A stretch of DNA of 64,000 nucleotides, from assembly GCA_965219415.1 (NCBI GenBank), contig OZ244742.1:32001-96000 (forward strand), written 5' to 3'. Below are positions 30,684 through 39,503 of the stretch, one piece after another. Both the position numbers and the translations under genes were made by a program. Position 1 is the stretch's first letter, and every line of letters begins with the position of its first letter. The notes beneath the pieces were generated by a model. The model was given only the letters and a program-made list of their open reading frames with translations, made no database searches and had not been told where the DNA came from. This DNA is from Candidatus Marinacidobacterales bacterium (GTDB lineage Bacteria > Acidobacteriota > Vicinamibacteria > Marinacidobacterales > DATDRI01).

Positions 30684-30755
30684 GAACATGACAAATCAAT
30701 GTTTGACCGAAACACCGCCCAGAGGTATATCGACAGAGAGGAGGGAGCGCTTGTG

Positions 30756-31439
30756 ATGCCTGCTAAACCTGCTAAACCTGCTGAGCCTGCTGCCAATGTT
30801 GGTGTCCTCGTTCGAGTAGCCGAAAGCGCGCCCGGAGGCCGCCGATTCGCCCGATTTTGTCGGCCGATACTATTGGGGTCATGGGGGATCGCTCTTGCCG
30901 CAATACTCATCGTCACCAGCGTGGCGTGCGGTGGCAAGAACACCAGGCCGCCGGCAACTCAGTATCCCTCGACTCCGCAAGACGAAGCGCCACCGCCCGA
31001 ACGTGAGCCGCCACCCGAGCCGGAACGAACGGAGCCGGACTTGACTCGCCTCGATGCAGGCGACGACATCCGCTCGATGAGTCTCGAAGACATCAATGCG
31101 CAGGCGCCGCTGGTGGACATAGAGTTCGGTTACGACAGCGCTCACTTGTCGAACGACGCTCGTTCCCGATTGGACGTCAACGCGAAATGGTTGCTGGATC
31201 ATTCGAGTGTCACGATCTTGGTCGAAGGGCATTGCGATGAGAGAGGAACGGTGGAGTACAACCTCGCGCTCGGTGAACGGCGCGCGATGGCGACGCATAA
31301 TTTCCTCTTGAATCTCGGAGTCTCTGCCGGGCGCATGAAGACCATCAGCTATGGGAAGGAGTTTCCGGTCAGCCCCGGGCACAACGAATCAGCATGGGGC
31401 AAGAATCGGCGCGCTCATTTCGTGATTACATCCAAGTGA
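30756..31439 (+). CDS. pal: Peptidoglycan-associated lipoprotein
   Basis: Lipobox VAC; EGHCDERGTVEYNLALGERRA, SYGKE, NRRAHF; start uncertain. Confidence 0.92.
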   Translation: MPAKPAKPAEPAANVGVLVRVAESAPGGRRFARFCRPILLGSWGIALAAILIVTSVACGGKNTRPPATQYPSTPQDEAPPPEREPPPEPERTEPDLTRLDAGDDIRSMSLEDINAQAPLVDIEFGYDSAHLSNDARSRLDVNAKWLLDHSSVTILVEGHCDERGTVEYNLALGERRAMATHNFLLNLGVSAGRMKTISYGKEFPVSPGHNESAWGKNRRAHFVITSK

Positions 31440-31452
31440 AAGGCTAGGAACT

Positions 31453-32289
31453 GTGAACGGCTATCGAGTAGCGTCTCTCCTTTTGGTCGCCACACTGACC
31501 GCGCCGGTCGCAGTGTTCGCCGATAAGGACCACGATCGGATCTTGGCTGAGTTGCGACAGCTTCAAATCCAGCTCAGCGTAATGCAGACCAACCAAGGGC
31601 GGTTGGAGCAAGCGCTCGACAGAATGTCGAAACTTCTCATCGAGCAGGACTCGTCCATCCGCCGCACTCTAGTGGATACCGGAACGACGTTGGACTCGGT
31701 CCAAGAGAATCTGCTCGTTCTCTCGGCGCGACTCGACGAGACCAACGGTCGATTGGGTAATCTGCGCCGCGAGGTCGCCTCTCTCCGGCCCGCGCAACCG
31801 ATCGTGATACCTGACAGGCCGGAGGACGGAGCCCCAACCTCGTCAGGAAGCGGTTCACCGGCCGCCCGAGGTGCCCGGCCTCCCACTGCGATGCCTCTTC
31901 CTGGCGCATCTGGCGGCTCGGCGGATCTCTACCAGCAGGCGTATACCGACTACACACAAGGGCGTTATCCCCTTGCGGTGTCGGGTTTCAAGGAGCTCAT
32001 TGCCGCGGATCCGAGCAGCGACTTGGCCGACAACGCCCAGTATTGGATCGGCGAATGCCTGTTGGCGCAGAGGCAGTATCGAGAGGCGCTCGAGGCCTTC
32101 GATGCCGTTCTTAGCCTCTATTCGGACAGCAACAAGCTGCCGGAAGCGACGTACAAGAAGGCGGTGGCGCTTGAGGCGTTGGGCAGTCGCGCGGATGCTA
32201 TCGCACAGTTAGAACTTGTTATCGAGTATTTCCCGAAGAGTCCCGCCGCCCGCGCGGCCAGGGGAATGCTGCGGGGCCTACGACAATAA
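31453..32289 (+). CDS. cpoB: Tol-Pal protein CpoB/YbgF
   Basis: Coiled coil + TPR (LADNAQYWIGE); follows pal. Confidence 0.88.
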   Translation: MNGYRVASLLLVATLTAPVAVFADKDHDRILAELRQLQIQLSVMQTNQGRLEQALDRMSKLLIEQDSSIRRTLVDTGTTLDSVQENLLVLSARLDETNGRLGNLRREVASLRPAQPIVIPDRPEDGAPTSSGSGSPAARGARPPTAMPLPGASGGSADLYQQAYTDYTQGRYPLAVSGFKELIAADPSSDLADNAQYWIGECLLAQRQYREALEAFDAVLSLYSDSNKLPEATYKKAVALEALGSRADAIAQLELVIEYFPKSPAARAARGMLRGLRQ

Positions 32290-32346
32290 GTCTCGACCAC
32301 GCGACCGAATCGTGCGGTCGGAGAGTTAGAGAGAAGGAGCTTACAT

Positions 32347-32787
32347 ATGCGAGGGGTCAATAAAGTCATTTTAGTAGGCAACCTAGGACGCGATCCTGAG
32401 GTTCGGTACATCAAGGATGGCACGGCGGTCGCCAACCTGAGGCTCGCGACCAGCGAAACTTGGAACGATCAGAACGGCCAGAGACAGGAACGCACCGAGT
32501 GGCATCGGGTCGTGGCCTGGGGAAAACTCGCGGAGATCGCCAAGGAGTATATGTCGAAGGGGCGGCAGATCTACGTGGAGGGAAAACTCCAGACACGCTC
32601 CTGGGACGATCGCGAGGGAAACAAGCGCTACACCACCGAGGTCAAGGCCGACCAGATCGTCATGCTCGGCACGCGCGGAGACTCGGCGGGCAGTCGGGAC
32701 GCGCCGGCCTCGCCTCCGGAACAGGCCGGGGCTCCGGAACTGCCCGCGGCTACGTTCGAAGCTACCGAAGACGACGTACCGTTTTAG
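32347..32787 (+). CDS. ssb: Single-stranded DNA-binding protein
   Basis: [15 protein letters not shown]...ERTEWHRVV...DDVPF. Confidence 0.97.
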   Translation: MRGVNKVILVGNLGRDPEVRYIKDGTAVANLRLATSETWNDQNGQRQERTEWHRVVAWGKLAEIAKEYMSKGRQIYVEGKLQTRSWDDREGNKRYTTEVKADQIVMLGTRGDSAGSRDAPASPPEQAGAPELPAATFEATEDDVPF

Positions 32788-33758
32788 TTCGCGAGCGACA
32801 ACGGGTCCCGTCGGGTCCCCGGTATTCGCACTCGTAGCCCGCCCGCTCTTGAACGCGCTCGCGGACCTCGGAGGGGATGTAACGGGACTTGGCGAAAAAC
32901 TTGCCCGGGCAAGGTTTTTCTTGGGGAAGCTTGCTATACCGCTTCCCCTCCCTCGCCAGTCGCCGCGCTCGCTTTCTCTTTAGGTCCTTCTTGTCGAGAG
33001 CGATATCCAAGGCCTGCTCCATGATCTCGGACATGCGTTGCAGAGGGTTCTCAACGCCGAGCACTTCCGCCAGCCGCTCGAACTTCTCCTTGAACTTGCG
33101 GTCGGCGGCGAAGCGGAAATTGAACACCTCAGGCCTTGCCGGCTCGAGGATAGTCGGTGACGCCCGGGGAGTCGGACGCGCCTCTAGAACTGGCGGCGAC
33201 TCGAGGGGCACCGTGGTTTGCGTCTTTCGAATCGAGGGCGCGAACACGGGCTTTGGTCGGAGCGCAACGAGGTACTCCTCGGGCTCCCGCTTTGTCATTC
33301 CAGCACAATCCCCAAGAAGCTTCTCGACGTTGCTCTCAGTGAGAACGGGCGAGAGGAGCCCTCAGCCCGAGCGTAGGGCGAGGCTATTGCCGAGTCCCGA
33401 AGCGAGAAGCCGTGGGGGTGGGGCCCCGCGGCACTCATGGAAGTCCCGCAACCGTGAGACTGATGCGGTTCTCAGCCAGCGCAACGAGGAGCTGCGGAAA
33501 ACGCATCGAAACATTGGACACCTGAATTCGCCGGGCGACCGAACCTTCGCTCAGACGCAGTCGTCTCGTGCAGTAGTCAAAGAGATTTTTGTAGCCGCAC
33601 TCGAGATAGCCCTTCCTTCTCGACATCTCCGCGATGTGAGCGATGGCGAGCGCCACGTTTCGTTTCTCGGCGCGGACCAGTTTTTCGGCAGAATAGTCAA
33701 GCTCCTTAGTCGAAAGACGCTCGAGTCTCTCAAAGTACGTTTTCACTTTTTCGATCAT
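32788..33758 (-). pseudogene. Second DUF222-like/HNH endonuclease gene, interrupted by palindromic insert, HNH domain truncated
   Basis: LSTKEL....LVRAE....AHIAEMSRRKGYL..GYKNLFDYC...LSEGSVARRI; SRYIPSEVRERV..RAGYECEY..PDGTRC ends abruptly at the ssb stop. Confidence 0.8.
33357..33440. repeat. REP/MITE-like palindromic insert
   Basis: Splits codons AGL|LSPVLTE; contains CCGTGGGG-GTGGGG-CCCCGCGG and GAGCGTAG/GAAGCGAG motifs. Confidence 0.6.
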
Positions 33759-33780
33759 GAGCGTTGCCCCCTTCTTCCAC

Positions 33781-33977
33781 AATATAGCAACGGGTTTTTC
33801 TGGGGCCTCAGCGACCGTCAGACGGGAGCGAAAGGAGTGGAATGAAGAAGGGGTAGAAAACCTAGGGAAAGATTGCGACAGAACGTGTGTGCGCTTCCGG
33901 AAGGTATCTACGCTAACGACTCATGGCTTTTCGATACGGCCTCGCAAAATCCGTCAAGTCTTTTTTTGATTTTTTTT
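33781..33977. other. Conserved non-coding leader of HNH element, copy 2
   Basis: Same motif order and 171-nt spacing as 18560-18755. Confidence 0.6.
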
Positions 33978-33986
33978 GCACGGCTT

Positions 33987-34346
33987 CTACGCTTTGCTAG
34001 TGCCTTCCCTGCCGTAGCGATCTTCCAACCGCACCACGTCGTCGAGCTCGGGGGTCGAAACTTCGAGCACGTCGCAAGTCTCCTCCGCGGTCATGCGGTG
34101 AATCGTGCCGGGCCGAATGTGAAAGCTATCCCCCGGCAACAGCGTGATCGTCCGGCGGTCCGTCCCCTCCTCCTCGACGTCAAGCGCGAGCCTTCCGGAG
34201 TTCAGTCGAATCGTCTCTTCTTTGACCTTGTGGTATTGCAAGGAAAGAGCGTGTCCCGCCTCGATGTGAAGAATTTTGCCAACATACCGATCCGTCTTCG
34301 CCCAGATGATCTCGTAGCCCCACGGCTTTTCCACTCGATCTGCCAC
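33987..34346 (-). CDS. Cupin (mannose-6-phosphate isomerase type II C-terminal-like)
   Basis: EKPWG...LSLQYHKVKEET...HRM...EVSTPELDDVVRLEDRYGR. Confidence 0.88.
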   Translation of the reverse strand: MADRVEKPWGYEIIWAKTDRYVGKILHIEAGHALSLQYHKVKEETIRLNSGRLALDVEEEGTDRRTITLLPGDSFHIRPGTIHRMTAEETCDVLEVSTPELDDVVRLEDRYGREGTSKA

Positions 34347-34394
34347 GTTCGCTAGCCCCTCTATTCCTGATTCGCTGTCTTTGGCTTCCAGGGG

Positions 34395-36230
34395 CTACCA
34401 GTAAAGCCCCTTGGAAATTCGCTTGGCCAACCGTTCCCGCACGTAATCTGCAATGTCGCTGGCGGTGGACAACTCGAGCGCTTCCTTGGCGATTTCGCGG
34501 GCCTCCTCGAGAGAAAGCCTTCGGATAATGTCCTTCACCGATCCAATGGACAGGACGTTCATCGAGAGCTCGTCGAGACCGAGGCCGACCAAAATCACAA
34601 CCAGCAAGGGATCGGCAGCCATCTCGCCGCACATGGCGACCGGAATGCCAGCCTGATGAGCCGATCGGATGACGAAACCGATCGTGCGCAGCACGGCGGG
34701 ATGGAGCGGCTCGTAAAGGTAAGAGACGGTCTCGTTGCCTCGGTCAACCGCCAAAACATACTGAATGAGATCGTTGCTGCCGATGCTGAAAAAATCCGCA
34801 TAGCGCGCCAACAGGTCGGCCGTCGTGGCCGCCGAGGGTACCTCGATGGTCACGCCTGCGGGGAGGTCCGGCGCGAAGTGCTGTCCGGATGCCCGAAGCT
34901 CTTCCTTCGCCTCATCGAGAACCGATCGTGCCTCCCGCAGCTCGTCGACGCCCCCGATCATGGGGAACATGACCTTCACGCTTCCCCGCGTGCGGGCACG
35001 GAGCAACGCGCGGAGCTGCGTTTTGAATAGGCCCCGATAGCGATCGTCGCGCAGCAAGAGACGCGTGGCCCTCAGGCCGAGCGCGGGGTTGGTCTCGTTG
35101 CCCACCGCCCAAAGGGTTGGCTCGGGAGTCAGGTCGAAGGTTCTCACGATCACCGGGAGCGGCTTCATTTGTTCCGCCAGTTTTCGGTAGATTTCGTATT
35201 GCTCGTCTTCTTCGGGAAATCTTCCTCCCGATCGATTAAAGAGCCACTCAGAGCGGAAAAGACCTATGCCGTCCGCGGATTGTTCCACGGCGGACCCACA
35301 CTCCTCCGGAGAATCGATGTTGGCTTGGATGGACACCCGGTGCCCGTCGACGGTCTCGGCGGGCAAGCTTTGCAGTCGTTTCCACTGCCTTTCCAGTGTT
35401 CGATACTTTCGTCGTTTGGATCGATACTCCCTGAGCATCTGTCGATCGGGGTTGACGATGACCAGGCCTTCGCCGCCATCGACCACCAGCGCGGCGCCCG
35501 GCCCGACGTGATCCATGAGATTGTGGATGCCCACCACACATGGAATACCGAGTGACCGCGCGATGATCGCAGTGTGGTAGGTGCGGCTTCCGCCTTCCAT
35601 TGCCAGCCCGGCGATATGCTCCCACTCGAGTTGGCTCGGATCGGAAGGTCGAACGATATCCGAGACGAGGATGTAGTCACGCTCGAGTTTCCCCTGCGGT
35701 CTTTGGTGCCCACCCGTCAAGTTATTGAGCAGCCTGCCCGCGACGTCGAAGATGTCGCCCTTACGTTCACGGAGATAATCGTCCTTGAGGCTATCGAAGA
35801 TCGCGCCCAACTCCCCAAGCGTCGTTTTGAGGGCCCACTCCGCATTGACGCGTTCCTTGCGTAGAACGTCTAAGACCCTGTCGATCAGCAACGGGTCTTC
35901 CAGCATCAATATCTGGGCGTCGAAAATGTACCCGTGCTCCTCGCCCAGACGGTCGACAGTGCGAGCCTTCATTTCCTCCAGTTGACGTCTCGTCAAGCGC
36001 TGGGCGGCTTCGACGCGGGCGCATTCGGCAGTCACCTCTTGGCGGGCGATGGGAATGCGGAAGATAGGAACCTCTTCGTGTTGCAGAACCAACGCGCGCG
36101 CCACGGCGATGCCGGGCGCACCACCGGCTCCTCGCAGAAAGACGGGGCGCGGGCGATTGGCTCTACCGGATGTACTGGGTGTCGGCACGACCACGCTCAT
36201 CTCCAGATTATTTACCGTCTCCGAAACCAT
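34395..36230 (-). CDS. ptsI: PTS enzyme I (PEP-protein phosphotransferase)
   Basis: GSRTYHTAIIARS, GIGLFRSE, NPALGLR, SIGSNDL.QY, MCGEMA. Confidence 0.95.
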   Translation of the reverse strand: MVSETVNNLEMSVVVPTPSTSGRANRPRPVFLRGAGGAPGIAVARALVLQHEEVPIFRIPIARQEVTAECARVEAAQRLTRRQLEEMKARTVDRLGEEHGYIFDAQILMLEDPLLIDRVLDVLRKERVNAEWALKTTLGELGAIFDSLKDDYLRERKGDIFDVAGRLLNNLTGGHQRPQGKLERDYILVSDIVRPSDPSQLEWEHIAGLAMEGGSRTYHTAIIARSLGIPCVVGIHNLMDHVGPGAALVVDGGEGLVIVNPDRQMLREYRSKRRKYRTLERQWKRLQSLPAETVDGHRVSIQANIDSPEECGSAVEQSADGIGLFRSEWLFNRSGGRFPEEDEQYEIYRKLAEQMKPLPVIVRTFDLTPEPTLWAVGNETNPALGLRATRLLLRDDRYRGLFKTQLRALLRARTRGSVKVMFPMIGGVDELREARSVLDEAKEELRASGQHFAPDLPAGVTIEVPSAATTADLLARYADFFSIGSNDLIQYVLAVDRGNETVSYLYEPLHPAVLRTIGFVIRSAHQAGIPVAMCGEMAADPLLVVILVGLGLDELSMNVLSIGSVKDIIRRLSLEEAREIAKEALELSTASDIADYVRERLAKRISKGLYW

Positions 36231-36477
36231 CGCTCACCAGGTCTACCAACGCTACTACGGCCTCTTCCTCGTCGTCTCCGGACGCTGCGATGGTGAGCTC
36301 GCTGCCGGAAGTCGCAGCGAGAAAGAGGATCCCCAAAATACTCTTGCCGTCGATGGTGGTCTCTTCCTTGCTCACCGTGACTTTGGACGAGAACCGACTC
36401 GCCGTCCTGACGAAGCGCGCCGCCGCTCTCGCGTGAAGTCCGAGGGGATTCAGGATCCCCACCGTCCGTTCAACCAC
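36208..36477 (-). CDS. ptsH: HPr phosphocarrier
   Basis: GLHARAAA (His15), GKSILG (Ser46). Confidence 0.93.
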   Translation of the reverse strand: MVERTVGILNPLGLHARAAARFVRTASRFSSKVTVSKEETTIDGKSILGILFLAATSGSELTIAASGDDEEEAVVALVDLVSDGFGDGK

Positions 36478-36910
36478 CAGGATCCTCCTCTGCCTCTTTT
36501 TCTTTCTTGGCCGCCAACAGGTCACTGGCAAGGTAAATGCTTTCTTTGCCCTGGGCGCTGATTTTTCGGGCCGCCCGGCTCAGATCAACTTCCCCACTTT
36601 CGCGCAAGTTAACCAGCTTGATGAGCATGGGTAAGTTTACGCCGGTTACGACTTCGACACGATTCTCCTCCAAGAAAGAGAGGCTCAGGTTGGACGGCGT
36701 TCCGCCGAACATGTCGGTAAGCACCACCGTCCCCTGGCCTCCTTCTACCCGTTCGATAGCGCTCCGAATCTCCTGCTGAGCCTCGTCCGGATTGTCGTGC
36801 CAACCGATGGAAACGGCGGTAACTTTCGGGATTTCTCCCACGATCATCTCCGCGGCGGTCACCAGCTCACTTGCCAGTCGTCCGTGGGTTACCACTAGGA
36901 TGCCAATCAA
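36470..36910 (-). CDS. PTS EIIA mannose/fructose-type
   Basis: VVTHG, TDMFGGTPSN, GVNLPML. Confidence 0.93.
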   Translation of the reverse strand: MIGILVVTHGRLASELVTAAEMIVGEIPKVTAVSIGWHDNPDEAQQEIRSAIERVEGGQGTVVLTDMFGGTPSNLSLSFLEENRVEVVTGVNLPMLIKLVNLRESGEVDLSRAARKISAQGKESIYLASDLLAAKKEKEAEEDPGG

Positions 36911-37797
36911 CTATCATCCTCCACATCGCGATGCGTCACCGTCACGGTATAGCCCTGCTTCTTGATTCGGCCTGCCATTTCTTTGGCGACCATGACCGAG
37001 CGGTGTCGCCCCCCGGTACAGCCAATGGCGATGGTCAAATAGCTCTTGCCCTCCGACGTATACTGCGGAATCAAATAATTGACAAACGACTCTAGCCGCT
37101 GGATGAACTCGCTGGTCGCGGGGAAGGAGAAAAGGAAACGCTCCACCGCCGGGTGGTTGCCGTCCTTGGCGCGCAGGTCTTTTTCGAAAAACGGATTGGG
37201 AAGAAAGCGGACGTCGAAGACTAGGTCGGCGTCGTGAGGCACGCCGAACTTGTAGCCGAACGACACCACATTCATCGCCGGACCGCGGCGTCCCTCGACC
37301 TCCTGGAATTGCTCGAGGAGATACCGTCGCAGCTCGTGCACGGTCATCTCCGACGTGTCCACGATTTGATCGGCCAGACGCCGAATGGCGGATAATTTCC
37401 GCCGCTCCTTGCGCACCGCTTCCAAGACCGAGCCCTTGCCAACCGCCAGCGGGTGGGGCCGCCGACTCTCGCTGAACCGGCGAACTAAAACTTGGTCGCG
37501 CGCCTCGAAAAAGATCAGAGCGGTGTCGAAACCGCGCTGCCGGAGGCGGTCGAAAACCTCCGGGAAATCCTTGAGGAAACCGCGTTCCCGAATATCCGCG
37601 ACCACCGCCACCTGTTCAATGCTTTCCCCACCCTTCGCGGTGAGCTCCGCGAACGGGCCCAGTAGCTTGGGGGGAAGGTTGTCCACGCAGAAAAAGCCCG
37701 CGTCTTCGAGCGCCTTCATGGCCAAGGTCTTGCCGGAACCGGAGAGACCGGTGATGAAAACGAAACGGGCCTTCCCGGTTTTCTTTCCTTCGGCCAA
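36907..37797 (-). CDS. rapZ: RNase adapter RapZ
   Basis: GLSGSGKT, CVDNLP, RRPHPL, DVRFLPNP, GCTGGRHRSV. Confidence 0.95.
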   Translation of the reverse strand: MAEGKKTGKARFVFITGLSGSGKTLAMKALEDAGFFCVDNLPPKLLGPFAELTAKGGESIEQVAVVADIRERGFLKDFPEVFDRLRQRGFDTALIFFEARDQVLVRRFSESRRPHPLAVGKGSVLEAVRKERRKLSAIRRLADQIVDTSEMTVHELRRYLLEQFQEVEGRRGPAMNVVSFGYKFGVPHDADLVFDVRFLPNPFFEKDLRAKDGNHPAVERFLFSFPATSEFIQRLESFVNYLIPQYTSEGKSYLTIAIGCTGGRHRSVMVAKEMAGRIKKQGYTVTVTHRDVEDDS

Positions 37798-38772
37798 CTA
37801 CTTTCCTTTCGACCGCCGGCGCGCCGCCGTGGAAACGCTTCGAGCCAGAAGACGCGCGGGGTTCCGCCCGCTCACGCTCAACAAGTGATTACGGGCCGCC
37901 ACCTCGATGAGCATCGCCAGATTGCGACCGGGTCCTACCGGCATCGTCACCAGTCGCAGGTCCACGCCGAGGACACTGTAAGTGCGTTCTTCGAGCCCCA
38001 ATCTCTCGACCTCGGTCCCCTTGTCCCATCGCTCTAGCTGCACGACCAGCTGGAGAGGCATCGAAAGCTGAATCGCATTGGCTCCAAAGAGATCCTTGAC
38101 GTTGATCACCCCGAGTCCGCGAATCTCCATATAGTAACGGACGATCTCCGGGCTGCGGCCCACCAGCCCCTCCGCACGTTTCTCTATTTCTACTACGTCG
38201 TCGGCAACCAGTCGATGGCCTCGTTCGATCAGTTCAATGGCCGACTCGCTCTTTCCGATGCCGCTCTCGCCGACGATTAAGATTCCCAAGCCGTGGACGT
38301 CCATCAACACGCCATGGATCACCTCGCGTTCGGTGAGCCTCTGCTCGAGTACTCGGCCGATTCGTTTCGAGGCCACCGACGGCTGGAGGCCGGTGGCGAG
38401 AACCGCAACCCGACGGCGGCGGGCGATGGAATAGAGTTCCCTAGGACCCGTCTCTCGCCGAGACGATGTCACGACCGCCGCAACCGGAACGCCGATCCAG
38501 GATTCCAAGAGCCGCCTGCGCCGCACCGCGGGGAGGGAAGCAAGGTGTGCGAGCTCGGTGGAATCGAGCAACAACACGCCCCCTGGGGTGAGTGGATTCT
38601 TGGCGGTCGGGGGCCGTTGGACGATAGAGGTGCGAATTCGTCGAGAGAGGCCGCTCTTTCCAACGACCAACTCCAGATCCAGGGTGCCTGCCCCGTCTTC
38701 TAACAGCTCGCGAACGTGGAGGGCCCGAGACTTATGTTTTCCCACCCTGCTGCGGTCTGACGTCGTCGGCAA
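37798..38772 (-). CDS. hprK: HPr kinase/phosphorylase
   Basis: HGVLMDV.G.G, GESGIGKSE, LVADD, EIRGLG, PGRN. Confidence 0.93.
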   Translation of the reverse strand: MPTTSDRSRVGKHKSRALHVRELLEDGAGTLDLELVVGKSGLSRRIRTSIVQRPPTAKNPLTPGGVLLLDSTELAHLASLPAVRRRRLLESWIGVPVAAVVTSSRRETGPRELYSIARRRRVAVLATGLQPSVASKRIGRVLEQRLTEREVIHGVLMDVHGLGILIVGESGIGKSESAIELIERGHRLVADDVVEIEKRAEGLVGRSPEIVRYYMEIRGLGVINVKDLFGANAIQLSMPLQLVVQLERWDKGTEVERLGLEERTYSVLGVDLRLVTMPVGPGRNLAMLIEVAARNHLLSVSGRNPARLLARSVSTAARRRSKGK

Positions 38773-38820
38773 GGGGACGCTTTCCTTTTCCCGGAGTAAC
38801 TGGATGGCGTTTCGGAAGGG

Positions 38821-39372
38821 CTACTGCCCTCCCGGATCGATGAGGCCGTAGTTTCCATCGGGCCGGCGGTAAATGACGTTGACTTGCTCGTGCTCCGCGT
38901 TACGAAAAACCAGGAACTCGGCTCCGCCGGCATCGAGCTCCACAACCGCCTCTTCCACCGACAGAGGTTTGATGACGAACCGATGACTCTCCACCACACG
39001 TGGCCCGCCTTCTTCGTTGGGCGCCTGCACAGCGTCCCCGGCGATTACATCGAAGGTCCCCTCGTGGCGAGAGGCGCGCCTTTTCTTACCGATCCGCTTG
39101 GAGTTTCTCTTCCTGGCTTGCGTTTCTATTTTCTCGACGGCTTGTTGAATAGAGGAATACAGATCATCGGACTCCTCGACCGCCGTTAGATAGGTGTTGC
39201 CCCGGCTATGGACGTTTACCTCTGCGCGCTGCCGGTACTTTTGCACCGACAGGGTCACGTGGATATCCGTGATGCCGTCGATGAATCGGTCCAGTTTGTT
39301 TACTTTGGACTCAGCAAACGCCTTCAACGGGCCCGTGATGTCGATCTGCCGCCCGGTGATATGGATGCTCAT
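38821..39372 (-). CDS. hpf: Long ribosome hibernation promoting factor
   Basis: ITGRQIDIT...DLYSSI; C-terminal KPLSVEEA...FLVFRN...NVIYRR.DGNYGLI. Confidence 0.93.
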   Translation of the reverse strand: MSIHITGRQIDITGPLKAFAESKVNKLDRFIDGITDIHVTLSVQKYRQRAEVNVHSRGNTYLTAVEESDDLYSSIQQAVEKIETQARKRNSKRIGKKRRASRHEGTFDVIAGDAVQAPNEEGGPRVVESHRFVIKPLSVEEAVVELDAGGAEFLVFRNAEHEQVNVIYRRPDGNYGLIDPGGQ

Positions 39373-39503
39373 TCGCTCCTCCTGTGAGGATGCTGGCTTC
39401 TTTCCTCTATTCCCTCTCCCTTTGGGAAAGTTCGGCGTCAAGAGTCGGTGTGCCCTTAATCAAGGGCGTCAGACGCCGAGTGAGGGGTCCGCAATAAACA
39501 CCA

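Noticed and set aside
30759-30794. 9-bp repeat CCTGCTAAA at pal 5' end as phase variation
   Set aside because: In-frame, degenerate and short; start position uncertain.
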